Part shown: piece by piece, positions 52,052 to 63,697 of the stretch
Layout: each line of letters starts with the position of its first letter
How positions within the stretch are numbered: position 1 is the first letter of the stretch
Assembly (NCBI RefSeq): GCF_006345805.1
Contig: NC_043018.1
Coordinates: 20,336,001-20,400,000, forward strand
Origin: Octopus sinensis
Lineage: Eukaryota
DNA: 64,000 bases
Direction of reading: 5' to 3'
Notes under the pieces: generated by a model
Told to the model about the DNA's origin: nothing
The model's input: the letters and a program-made list of their open reading frames with translations, nothing else
Database searches by the model: none
Translations under genes and position numbers: made by a program

Positions 52052-52460
52052 TAAAGCTTTAACTGGTGTCACAGTTTACAATGATTTTCAAATAGTTCAA
52101 ACAGGAAGACATGGCTTATGTCACAACTGTTTTGCTTCTGACACAGTTGACTGAACATGTCCAAACAAACAATGCTCTGAACATGTTGGACATATTCAGT
52201 CAACCGTGCCTGCCTTAATTTACAATACTAAACACAGATGTAGTGGGGAGCCTACAGAAATTTCTAAGACCAGTCATGTGACTATCCTCTACCAATCAAA
52301 TCCTATTCAAAGTATATACTGATTTGAGCCATGAACTCCCTATAAAAACAGGGCAAACATGAAACCCTAGTCAGAAGCAAGACATCTGCGACATAAGCCA
52401 AGCATCCCTATTTGAACTTTCTGAAAATCATTGTAAACTGTGAAACCAGTTAAAGTTTTA
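52052..52460. mobile_element. 409-bp foldback/MITE with 91-bp inverted arms (52052-52142 / 52370-52460)
   Basis: 78 of 91 positions identical between the left arm and the reverse complement of the right arm (manual count). Confidence 0.85.
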
Positions 52461-52464
52461 TATA

Positions 52465-52666
52465 TTACTCTTTTACTTGTTTCAGCCATTTGACTGCGGC
52501 CATGCTGGAGCACTGCCTTTAGTCAAGCAAATCGACCCCAGGACTTATTCTTTGTAAGCCTAGTACTTATTCTATCGGTCTGTTTCGCCAAACCGCTAGG
52601 TTACGGGAACGTAAACACACCAGCATTGGTTGTCAAGCAATGTTGGGGAGACAAACAGACACACAA

Positions 52667-52699
<33 letters not shown>

Positions 52700-52862
52700 C
52701 GACAGGCTTCTTTCAGTTTCCGTCTACCAAATCCAATCACAAGGCTTTGCTCGGCCCGAGGCTATAGTAGAAGACACTTGCCCAAGGTGCCACGCAGCGG
52801 GACTGAACCCAGGACCATGTGGTTGGTAAGCAAGCTACTTACCACACAGCCACTCCTGCACC
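52465..52862 (-). mobile_element. SINE family A, full length
   Basis: Reverse complement of the consensus. Confidence 0.9.
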
Positions 52863-53064
52863 TATATTAATAAAAATTTTCAACTTCTATTTTTCCTATA
52901 TTTCTACCTGTGTGGAATAATATGACTTAGTTTTTTATGTGTGCGTGTGTGTGTGTGTGTGTGTGTGCGTGTGTGTGTGTGTGCAATGGTTTACTTAAGC
53001 AGTGTTGATTTTTACAATTTTGTAAATAATAATAATAGTAGCTTAGAGCTTATAAAATAATATT

Positions 53065-53109
<45 letters not shown>

Positions 53110-53311
53110 TAGATAGATAGATAGATATATCGTTTTGGGATTTGGTTTGCAAGATTCTTTATGTGAGTTCGTGTGTTGAAGCATATTCTGTTGTGTCTGG
53201 GGAGAGTCATTTTCTTTTTGTGCCTTATAATTTAACACACTCACCAGTAAAATTTACACTTATTTCTTATTTTTATTTTCCTAAAATTTTCGTTACGTCT
53301 TGCAACCTGTG

Positions 53312-53492
53312 CAGGCATGACTGTGTGGCAAGAAGCTTGCTTCCCAACCACATGGTTCTGGGTTCAGTCCCACTGCATGGCACATTGGGCAAGTGTCTTC
53401 TACTATAGCCTTGGACCAACCGAAGCCTTGTGAGTGGATTTGGTAGACGGAAACTGAACGAAGCCTGATGTGTATGTGTGTGTGTATATATA

Positions 53493-53525
<33 letters not shown>

Positions 53526-53715
53526 ATATATACACATGTGTGTGTGTGTATCTTTGTGTCTGTGTTTGTACCCCCACCTCATTACTGCCTGACAACCAGT
53601 GTTGGTGCATTTATGTCCTTGTAACTTGGCAGTTCGGCAAAAGAGGCTGATAGGATAAGTACTAAGTCATTTGACTCCAGCATGGCCGCAGTCGAATGAC
53701 TGGAACAAGTAAAAG
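53312..53715 (+). mobile_element. SINE family A, full length, followed by an inverted head half at about 53745-53900
   Basis: Consensus match. Confidence 0.85.
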
Positions 53716-54238
53716 AATACACACACACACACACACACACACACTGGGCTTCTTTCAATTTCCATCTACCAAATTCACTCACAAGGCTTTTTTTCACCCA
53801 GGAGCAATAATAGAAGACTCTTGCTCAAAGTGCCATGCAGTAGGACTGAACCCAGAAACAAAGCGGTTGGCAAGCAAACCTCTTACCACACAGCCACGTA
53901 TACTTCATTCAATTAAAAAGATATCGTTTCAAATGAGGCAGACAGAAGGGGAGGGGAAATCATGTGACCTATCGTTCACAAAGACAAACAGACATTTAGG
54001 ACATTTAGAATACAAATGCAATGTCGGAGGCTTTTGTTTGGGGCCCTTTACACAATTGCGATTCGAATATCAGAGAAGATACAATCATTGCTGACTGCCC
54101 CTAATGTTTAATTTCTGCTAATTAACAATATAACGAATGATGTGATGTGTAACAATCCCAGGGCAGAATAAATAATTATAGATGTGAAGTAATTATAGGC
54201 ATGAGTCATTAAGAGTAAACAGAAGAGAAACTAGGTTG

Positions 54239-54335
54239 GTGGGACAGTTTAAATCCCAGGTGTTTTCTTGTGGGACAGTTTAAATCCCAGGTGTTTTCTG
54301 GTGGGACAGTTTAAATCCCAGGTGTTTTCTTGTGG
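54239..54335 (+). repeat. 31-bp tandem repeat x3 (gtgggacagtttaaatcccaggtgttttctt)
   Basis: Starts at 54239, 54270 and 54301; no spacers. Confidence 0.9.
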
Positions 54336-54482
54336 TACAATAGAGTGAAAGTCCTTGTTTATTCATTTAGTAATATATGGCTAATTCTTTAACATCTACA
54401 ACTTAATACATACATATGTATATATGTATGTATATATGTGTGTATGTGTGTGTGTGTATGTGTACACAGACATATATATATA

Positions 54483-54517
<35 letters not shown>

Positions 54518-54586
54518 GTATGCATATATATATATATGCAAACATACATGTATATATATACATATTAATTACACACACACACACAC

Positions 54587-54634
<48 letters not shown>

Positions 54635-54840
54635 TTACATACATACATTATTATGTATACATGTGTGTGTATACATGCATACATACACATATGTATACAT
54701 GTGCATACATGCATGCATATATATATATATATATATATATCAATACAGTGTACATTTAAACACGAGGAATCCACTCGTGGGATTCAACACGATAGAAAGA
54801 ACAGCTAGATTCTATAACCACAAAATTAGGGATAAAATTT

Positions 54841-54881
<41 letters not shown>

Positions 54882-54973
54882 ACATGCATGTATGTACGTG
54901 CATCTATATATAAATGTCTATATACATACAAGTATGAACATTATCAATCGTACAAACTCAGTGCATGTGCTTA

Positions 54974-55367
54974 GCTTGTTCGCCTTTAGGCTGCAGGTCA
55001 GTGCAGTGGGGGATGACTCCCTCAATGCACTGTGTGCTAAATCACCTGAAAGTCATAGGGCAGATGGGACAACTCACCCCTAATCCCATTCAGGAGGATG
55101 GAAACTGATATGGCTTTTACACTATTTGTATATAATCACAAACTGGCAATTCAGTTTGACCCCTCTCTTCCCACCCCCCAGGGTACATTTCAGGTATGTG
55201 ACGTTGATAAGTCACAACAATGGCGAAGTATCAGTATCCATCACACCTGAATGGGATTAGGGGTGAGTTGTCTCACCTGTCTATCACTTTCAGCTATTTT
55301 AACACCAGGTGCTTTTGAGAGAGAGTCACCCTCACTGTGCTAAACTGCAGTGAACTGGGGAACAAGC
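54974..55367. other. About 395-bp imperfect foldback
   Basis: 26-bp perfect core (55069-55094 / 55246-55271), a further 13/14 match inward, and degenerate pairing out to gcttgtt/aacaagc. Confidence 0.8.
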
Positions 55368-55622
55368 ACAGCAGAGTTCAGGGTCAATCCAGGCCAAGCG
55401 GTTTCACCCTGCATGCTTTAGCTTTGTTACTATGGCAACAGTCTGGATACTTATTGATCAGACCACACACACACACACACACACATGTATATCTATCTAT
55501 CTATATATATTATATATATACACATACATACACACACACAAACTTACATATATATATATATATACACAAACATACATACATATATATAAATATATATATA
55601 TATATACACAAAATATACATAT

Positions 55623-55653
<31 letters not shown>

Positions 55654-56170
55654 ACCATCAATCGTGGCAATATCATTGATTTCATTTCTAATTTCTGTTT
55701 GATTTCTTCTGAGATATTTTTTATTGATAGGAATTAAATGTCATACTTGAACAATGAATTACTAAATAATAATAATAATAATAATGATGATGATTTCTTT
55801 TATTTGCCATCAGGATGAAGGGTGGGGGGCGGACAATACAAAGACAGACATAAAATGTGTGGGTCTACATACAATGGAACGATAATAAAAAAGTATAAAG
55901 GGAAATTTGACAAGAGAGTCAGTCGCCCACTGACATTCGTTGATGCTACATCAAAGAGGCCAGGGAACAGAAGAAAGAAAGAGAAAGAAGACATGCACCC
56001 AACACCAGAGCTGAAGACACCTCCAAAATGGTAGAGGAGTAGGGGCCGAAACTGCCATGGTTCCTCCTGATGATGTCTTAAGCTAACTGGATCCTATAAA
56101 GGAGCTGTTGTGGTAGCAGACCACGAAACACGGTTGAAAGTCCAACTTTACTTTGTTATATATATATATA

Positions 56171-56363
56171 TATATTTATCAAAAGAAAAACAGGATTTAG
56201 CGGTACATATGTTTCTGGCTTTATTGGACAATTTATATCAATGCATAATTGATGTAACATGTATGTCAATAGCCTTCTTCAGCCGCGTATATATTGTCCA
56301 ATAAAGCCAGAAACATATGTACCACTAAATCCTTTGCATCCTGTTTTTCTTTTGATAAATATA
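56171..56363. other. 193-bp near-perfect foldback (arms 67 and 76 nt, 50-nt loop)
   Basis: Only 2 substitutions and one 9-nt indel between the arms. Confidence 0.9.
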
Positions 56364-57579
56364 CCCTATCACCTACACCACTAACTGACATATACAGGTG
56401 CTTACAGTTATCAAATATTCACCCTGAATTTTATATATATATATATATATATAATACAAATAGGAAAATGGAGAAACAAATTCATTTCATTCATCAACTT
56501 ATGGATATTACAATTTCACATTATTTATTAATTATACAAATGGGAACATATACACACACACATAAATATAGTGTACTGTTCCATGATGATAAGATTAACA
56601 AAAATGTTCTCCATTTGGTGAGGGATAAATATTATTTAATAAACACAATATATGTTTTTATGAGCTACTATTAGTTTCATGCCATGAAAAACAGGCTCAG
56701 ATAGCATTTTATAGCATGTCCGGTGCCTTCACGCAATCCTCAGGCTTTGTTCACATGGCATAACAAGCTAAATGAGGATCACAGAATATGAGAAAATACA
56801 AAGAAAGGCAGGAAGGAAGTAGAAGGAAATGGTGGAAGGTTGACAACACCGGGAAAACGAAAAAGCAAACAGAAAAAAGATAAAGGGGTGAGGAGAAATA
56901 TAATTATGTTCCCTTCGACCATAACGCCATAAGGTTGACTAAATAGGGGCCCAGTGTTGCTTCAAGAATACTTGAACTAGAACAAATTTTATGTGTACGC
57001 ATCATTCTTTAATTGCTGTCACCCCGTATTATACATACAGTGAGCCACTGTATAACACAACCAGTCACTGAACAATGACAGGAGTACCGTATGTACATAG
57101 GTGTGTCTGTCTAGTTTTGTTTGTGTCTGTGCAGACTGTGTTGATTTGGGCATTGAGTTGTGCCGTTTTTATGACAAAAGATAACTTAACCATTCAATGA
57201 ATAAAGATTGATAAAATATAAGAACAAAACTGACATAAGAAATAGAGAGGTTGATATGACTGACTGAAGAAATTATTGAGGGTGGGGTGAACTGGAAGAT
57301 TCATTGGCATGCTGGGTAAAATGATTAGTGGCCTTTTGCTAGTCTTCATGTTCGTAGTTCAAACACCACTGAGGTCAACTTTGCCTTTCATTCTTTTGGT
57401 GTCAATGACATAAGAAACAGCCAAGCAGTGGAGGTCATGTAATCACGTAGCTCCTCCCCCAAAATTTCAGGCCTTGTGCCTATTTATAGAAAGGACATGA
57501 TTGGCTGAAGGAACTACTGAAGAGAATGGTTGCAGCTCAAAGATTGGAAACAGTAAAAGAGTAACCCTTTTGTTACTAG

Positions 57580-57985
57580 GTGCAGGAGTGTGTGCGTGGT
57601 AAAGTACCTTGCTTAACAACCACATGGTTCTGGGTTCAGTCCCACTGCGTGGCACCTTGGGCAAGTGTCTTCTACTATAGCCTCGAGCCAACCAAAGCCT
57701 TGTGAGTGGATTTGGTAGACGGAAACTGAAAGAAGCCCATCGTATATATGTATATATATATATATGTAGTTGCATATCTGTGTTTGTCTCCCCCACAACA
57801 TCGCTTGACAACTGATGCTGGTGTGTTTATGTCCCCGTAACTTAGCAGTTCGGCAAAAGAGACTGATAGAATAAGTGCTAGGCTTACAAAGAATAAGTCC
57901 TGGGGTTGATTTGCTTGTCTAAAGGCAGTGCTCCAGCATGGCCGCAGTCAAATGACTGAAAAAAGTAAAAGGAGTAAAAGAGAGA
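57580..57985 (+). mobile_element. SINE family A, full length; inverted partner at 58040-58835
   Basis: Consensus match. Confidence 0.9.
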
Positions 57986-58400
57986 GTACATTCCAAATGA
58001 AATACACTGACTTTTGTTTCAATCAATTTTAAAAATAACCTTTTATCCTTTACTTGTTTTGGTCATTAGACTGTGGCCATGCTGGGGCACAGCTTTCAAG
58101 AATTTTAGTTGAAAGAATTGACCCTAGGACTTTTTTTAAAGTCTGGTACTTATTTTATCATTCTCTTCTGTCAAACTGCTAAGTTACAAAGACATAAGCA
58201 TACCAACACTGGTTGTCAAGTGGGAGACAAACAGCAACTCACACACACATGGTTATACAACAGGCTTCTTTTCAGTTTCCATCTACCAAATCCACTCACA
58301 AGGCTTTGGTCAGCCCAAGGCTATAGTAGAAGACACTTGGCCAAGGTGCCACACTGTGGGACTGAACACAGAACCATGTAGTTAGGAAGCAAACTTCTTA

Positions 58401-58806
58401 TTTCTTTATTTCCCACAAGGGGCTAAACAAGGACAGACAAAGGGATTAAGTCGATTACATCGACCCCAGTGCATAGCTGGTACTTAATTTATCGACCCCG
58501 AAAGGATGAAAGGCAAAGTTGACCTCGGCAGAATTTGAACTCTGAACGTAACGGCCAACGAAATACCTATTTCTATTTCTTTGCTACCCACAAGGGGCTA
58601 AACACAGAGTGGACAAACAAGGAGAGACAAACGGATTAAGTCGATTATATCGAGCCCAGTGCATAACTGGTACTTAATTAATCGACCCCGAAAGGATGAA
58701 AGGCAAAGTTGACCTCGGCAGAATTTGAACTCAGAATGTAACGGCCAACAAAATACCGCTAAGCATTTTGCCTGGCGTGCTAACGTTGCTGCCAGCTCAT
58801 TGCCTT
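58401..58806 (-). mobile_element. SINE family B dimer inserted in a SINE A
   Basis: 16-bp TSD ggaagcaaacttctta at 58385-58400 and 58807-58822 flanks the whole dimer. Confidence 0.85.
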
Positions 58807-59344
58807 GGAAGCAAACTTCTTACCACACAGCCACGCCTGAAGAATTTAGAAAGGAAGCTTATATTAGAGCACCAAGGATGCTTTCGGGTAAGCTGGTATC
58901 AAAAGGGTTAAAATCTGAACTGAATTTTTAAGAGGCAGGTATTAACAGGGATGTGATAATAAATTTTATCACATGAAGTTCAGTATTTTCTCAGAGGTAT
59001 GCAGGATCTAAACATTTACACACACATACGTGCACACATGCAATAGGCTTCTTGCAGTTTCCATCTCCCCAAGTTCATTCACAAAGCATTTGTCAGATTT
59101 GAGGTTACAATCAACAATAGTTGCTCAAGTTTCCACACAGTGGGGCTGAACCCAGAACCACTGGTAGCGAAGTGAACTGCTTAACCACACTCCCATGCCT
59201 GTTCCTAAGGTGGCCGCAAATGGGAAATAAACAGGACAAGTAGAAAGACAAACCTGACGAGCAAACTGATTGTAATTAGTCAAAATACTGCTGCTAGGCT
59301 ATAATGGTCGAATGGGGAGAACATGACCCCAAAAGTATATAATA

Positions 59345-59859
59345 CTAGCAGTATCGCCCGGCGTTGCTCGGGTTTGTAAGGGAAATAACTATATAAGCAT
59401 TTTTAGAGAGTTACTTCCCTTATAGATGCCAATTCGGGCTTTCTTAGCCATTTCTGTTTTGGTGTCTTCAAGCCATGAAGTCGTTGTTCTAAAAGAACGC
59501 TGGTCTCCTTGACAACGCTTTACGACGTTGATTTCCTTACACTCCCTTCCCCACAGCTTCACGAGGGAGGGAAGAAGGGGGAGAAGCAAACAGGTGCAGG
59601 TGTTTGAGCGTGGACGCCAACTCCGCCGCCATCGACACACGAAAAAATATGCATTAAAATGGAATAAAAAATGATGTTAAATTATTTTTAAAATCGTAGA
59701 CTCATCGTAGACACGCGCTAATACTCAGACGGGCTCGATATGAATCACGACTATAAGATACCCGAATTTGGTTAAACTGCACCGCAAAATGTGGGAGGAG
59801 TTAGGAATCTAAATCGAAGGGGACAGACACTCACACAACTACAGTTTTATATATATAGA
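59345..59859 (-). mobile_element. Non-autonomous Helitron with a 218-bp GC-rich insert
   Basis: TC(tatatatataaaac)...cccgagcaacgccggg...CTAG; termini shared with 49600-49996. Confidence 0.85.
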
Positions 59860-61223
59860 TTTATAGAATGGTAATACAAAATAGCAGCAGATAATGGGGA
59901 CATAAAGCTTAATGCAGAGTGAAAAACTCAAGACAATTAAGTCTGAAGATAAAACAGGGGTAAAGACATTTGAGATCAGATAGTTGAACCTACCTAGACA
60001 TTATGATGTCTGGTTATTATATTTAATTATTATGTTTAATTATTATGCCTTGCTCTCAACTAAGGCATATCATTATGAGATTGCCCTAATCTACCTGCCT
60101 GACATACAACTACCTAGAATCTTTTTATGATTATTTATTTTTATTCTCTGGTCTATGGAGAAGTGGCTGTAACCATAGTGCTTTCTGGAGCAGATAAGGG
60201 TCTGGAACAACAGAGGGGGTGGTGGCGAGGTTTAAAAATGTTCAGTTTCAGTTGATGGATGTCTGTAATGTGTGTGTGTGTGTGTGTGTGTGAGGTGGGA
60301 GGGAATGAATGGGAAGGAAGAGTTTCAAGGGACGAGTGTGTAGTTGTGTGAAAGAAGAATGGCTTTTCAGAGTGTGAGAAGTAAAGATATTCTCTGCAAC
60401 AGTTCTAAAACAAACAGACACAAATTTGAAAAAGACCGTTTCCAATTATATTAGCACAGAACAATGGATGTAGAATTTCTTTAGAAAAATGGAATGCTTG
60501 AATTTTTTGGCACCATCTGAAGGTACGTCTAGATAATTAGTTAAGAATATGGCATAAAATTAATGGTCTTTCACTGAATGGAGAAATAGAACAAAACAAA
60601 ATGTAATAAAGATATCATTTATAGAAGATTTTTTTCAAATAAATATTCTTCAGCAATTTAACGCAGTTAAAATAAATCTTCATGGTGAGTAACAGAACAG
60701 AAAGAACACAAGACTATGAAGATAACATTCGAATTAAACATCTGAGACGAAAATAAGGAATCTTAAGATTTCAAATGGCCTAGTTACATGGATTCAGTCT
60801 CCAAATGGTCCAGAATAGTATCTATTAACCCTTTAGCATTTAAACCAGCTACATCTCGCTCAAATACAATAAACCCTTGCTATATTGCGGTTCACCTATT
60901 GTGGTTCACCTATAGCGGTTTATTATAAAGGTGGCGAGCTGGCAGAATCATTAGTATGCCGGGCAAAATGCGTAGCCGTATTTCGTCTGCCGTTACGTTC
61001 TGAGTTCAAATTCCGCCGAGGTCGACTTTGCCTTTCATCCTTTCGGGGTCGATAAATAAAGTACCGGTTATGTACTGGGGTCGATGTAATCGACTTAATC
61101 CCTTTGTCTGTCTTTGTTTGTCCCCTCTGTGTTTAGCCCCTTGTGGGCAATAAAGAAATACATAGCGGTTTATTTAAGCTTACAGCGATTCCTCCGTGGT
61201 GTTGTTTTGCATTTATGATAAAA

Positions 61224-61611
61224 CTAGCAGTATCGCCCGGCGTTGCTCAGGTTTGTAAGGGAAATAACTATAAAGCATTTTTAGAGAGTTATAGCCAAAA
61301 AATAGCAAAAAAATGGAAAAAAACGATGGTAAATTTTTTTTTGAGAGTTAAAAAAGGATGGAGTTGCGTCCCCTAGACAGTTTGTGGTTCGTGTTTCTGA
61401 TTCTCGACCCCATGTCGAATTTATCGATTTTTTTCAGAACTGGGGAAACTTTTCAAAATTTTGGCTGCGTTAGTTTTGAATTATGACATTGGGCTATGTG
61501 TGTGTGTCAAGTTTCATCAGAATCGGTTGAAAGCCGTGGTCAGGGTGAGGGTACAAGCAAACAGACACACAGAAACACGCACAGACAAACTGCCGTTTAT
61601 ATAGAGAGAGA
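61224..61611 (-). mobile_element. Non-autonomous Helitron (19375 type)
   Basis: TC...hairpin...CTAG at A|T; near-identical to 19375-19751. Confidence 0.85.
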
Positions 61612-61941
61612 TAAATATACACAAATCATAAAAATATACAGTACTGCTTCTACTTAGTGGATTTTCACTTAAAATTTTACATTCATGTGTGTGTTTGTGT
61701 GTATGTATTTGTAAGTGTGTGCACATGTGTGTGTATGCAAGTGTATGTGCATATCTGCACGCTTAAGTGTGTGTTTGTGTATGCATGTGCACGTATGTGT
61801 GTGAGTATATTTGTGTAAATGTGTATGTGTGTATCTATACGAATATGAGTTTATGAGTTTATCTCTGTGCGTGTGTGCGCATGTGTGTGTGTGTGCGCAT
61901 ATGTAAGAGTATGTATGTTCCAGTGTAAGAACAGAATTGCT

Positions 61942-62210
61942 AATAATGATATTAATAATAATAATAATAGTAATAATAATGATATTAATAATAATAATAA
62001 TAGTAATAATAATGATATTAATAATAATAATAATAGTAATAATAATGATATTAATAATAATAATAATAGTAATAATAATGATATTAATAATAATAATAAT
62101 AGTAATAATAATGATATTAATAATAATAATAATAGTAATAATAATGATATTAATAATAATAATAATAGTAATAATAATGATATTAATAATAATAATAATA
62201 GTAATGATAA
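61942..62210. repeat. 30-bp higher-order (AAT)n repeat (aataataataatagtaataataatgatatt), about 8-9 units
   Basis: 10-residue periodicity in the ORF track (IIITIIIIIN). Confidence 0.9.
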
Positions 62211-62714
62211 TCATAATGATAAGAGTAATAATAACGGTAATAAACATGCATGCATTGTATGCACATCAATCTGGTTGTGTGACATACATCAGCTGTGCAA
62301 GTAGCAGAATCTAGCTTTGTTCTTGCATTAAGTGTTGCAACCAGCACCATAACGATGACAATGGAGCAGCCAGTGTGCATTTCTTCAGATTGCAACTAAT
62401 TCCTCGACGTGCAGCAAAGGCCATTAGAGCGTTACCAAAAGGAAGACTCTCAAGAGATTTACACGCATACAAAATAAGCAGCAGCAGTCTATTCACGGAT
62501 GCACTCGTATGCAGACATGCGCATGCACACGAGCATGGAGACACATGGAAACAAAGCAGATACGTGTATAAATACTGCGTTCATACAAGTGTGCATACTT
62601 AGAAATATATACACGTACATGTATGTATATAAGGCATACATGCGGGCAAGTATAAATGTATAGAATGAATTGCACCCTTATACAACTACTGCACACTTAT
62701 ATGCAAACACACTA

Positions 62715-63240
62715 ATGTATGTATGCGTGTATGTATGTATGCATGCATGTATGTATGTATGTATGTATGTATGTATGTATGTATGTATGTATGTATGTAT
62801 GTATGTATGTATGTATGTATGTATGTATGTATGTATGTATGTATGTATGTATGTATGTATGTATGTATGTATGTATGTATGTATGAACGCATGTATATGT
62901 ATGTATGTATGTATGTATGCATGTATGTATGTTTGCATGCATGTATGTATGTATGCATGTATGTGTGTATGCATGCATGCATGTATGTATGTATGCATGC
63001 ATGTGTGTATGTGTGTATGTATGTATGCATGTGTGTGTATGCATGTATGTATGCATGTATGTGTGTATGCATGTATGTATGTGTGTATGCATGTATGTAT
63101 GTATGCATGTTTGCATGTATGTATGTATGTTTGCATGTATGTATGCATGTATGTATGTTTGCATGTATGTATGTATGTATGTATGCATGTATGTATGTAT
63201 GCATGCGTGTGTGTGTGTATGTATGTATGTATGTGTGTAT
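62715..63240. repeat. (ATGT)n tetranucleotide tract degenerating to GCAT/GTGT variants
   Basis: Directly visible. Confidence 0.95.
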
Positions 63241-63649
63241 GAACACTTACTCCATCCATTGAAGTGTGTATACTTTCAAATATGTACAACTATATACATA
63301 ATCACATGGATGCAGGCACACACAAGCAAGCACCACTGCACAAATGTATACACACACACACACATATATATGGATATATACACACATACAAATATGTATA
63401 TTAATGTGTTTACTGCATTCAACCAAGGATATATGTATGTATAACCACACAGATGCAAGCATACAGAAGCAAGCATCAACATACAAGTGTGTGTGTATAT
63501 ATATATATACACACACATATACAAGTGTATGTGTGTGTATATATATTATATATATATATATACACACACACATATACAAGTGTATGTGTATATATATATA
63601 TATACACATATACAAGTGTATGTGTGTATATATATATATATATACACAA

Positions 63650-63697
<48 letters not shown>

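Noticed and set aside
54239-54335. 31-bp repeats with an internal ggga...tccc palindrome, superficially CRISPR-like
   Set aside because: The units abut with no unique spacers, the context is a eukaryotic intron, and there are no cas genes. The same holds for the 62-66-bp array at 21715-22060.
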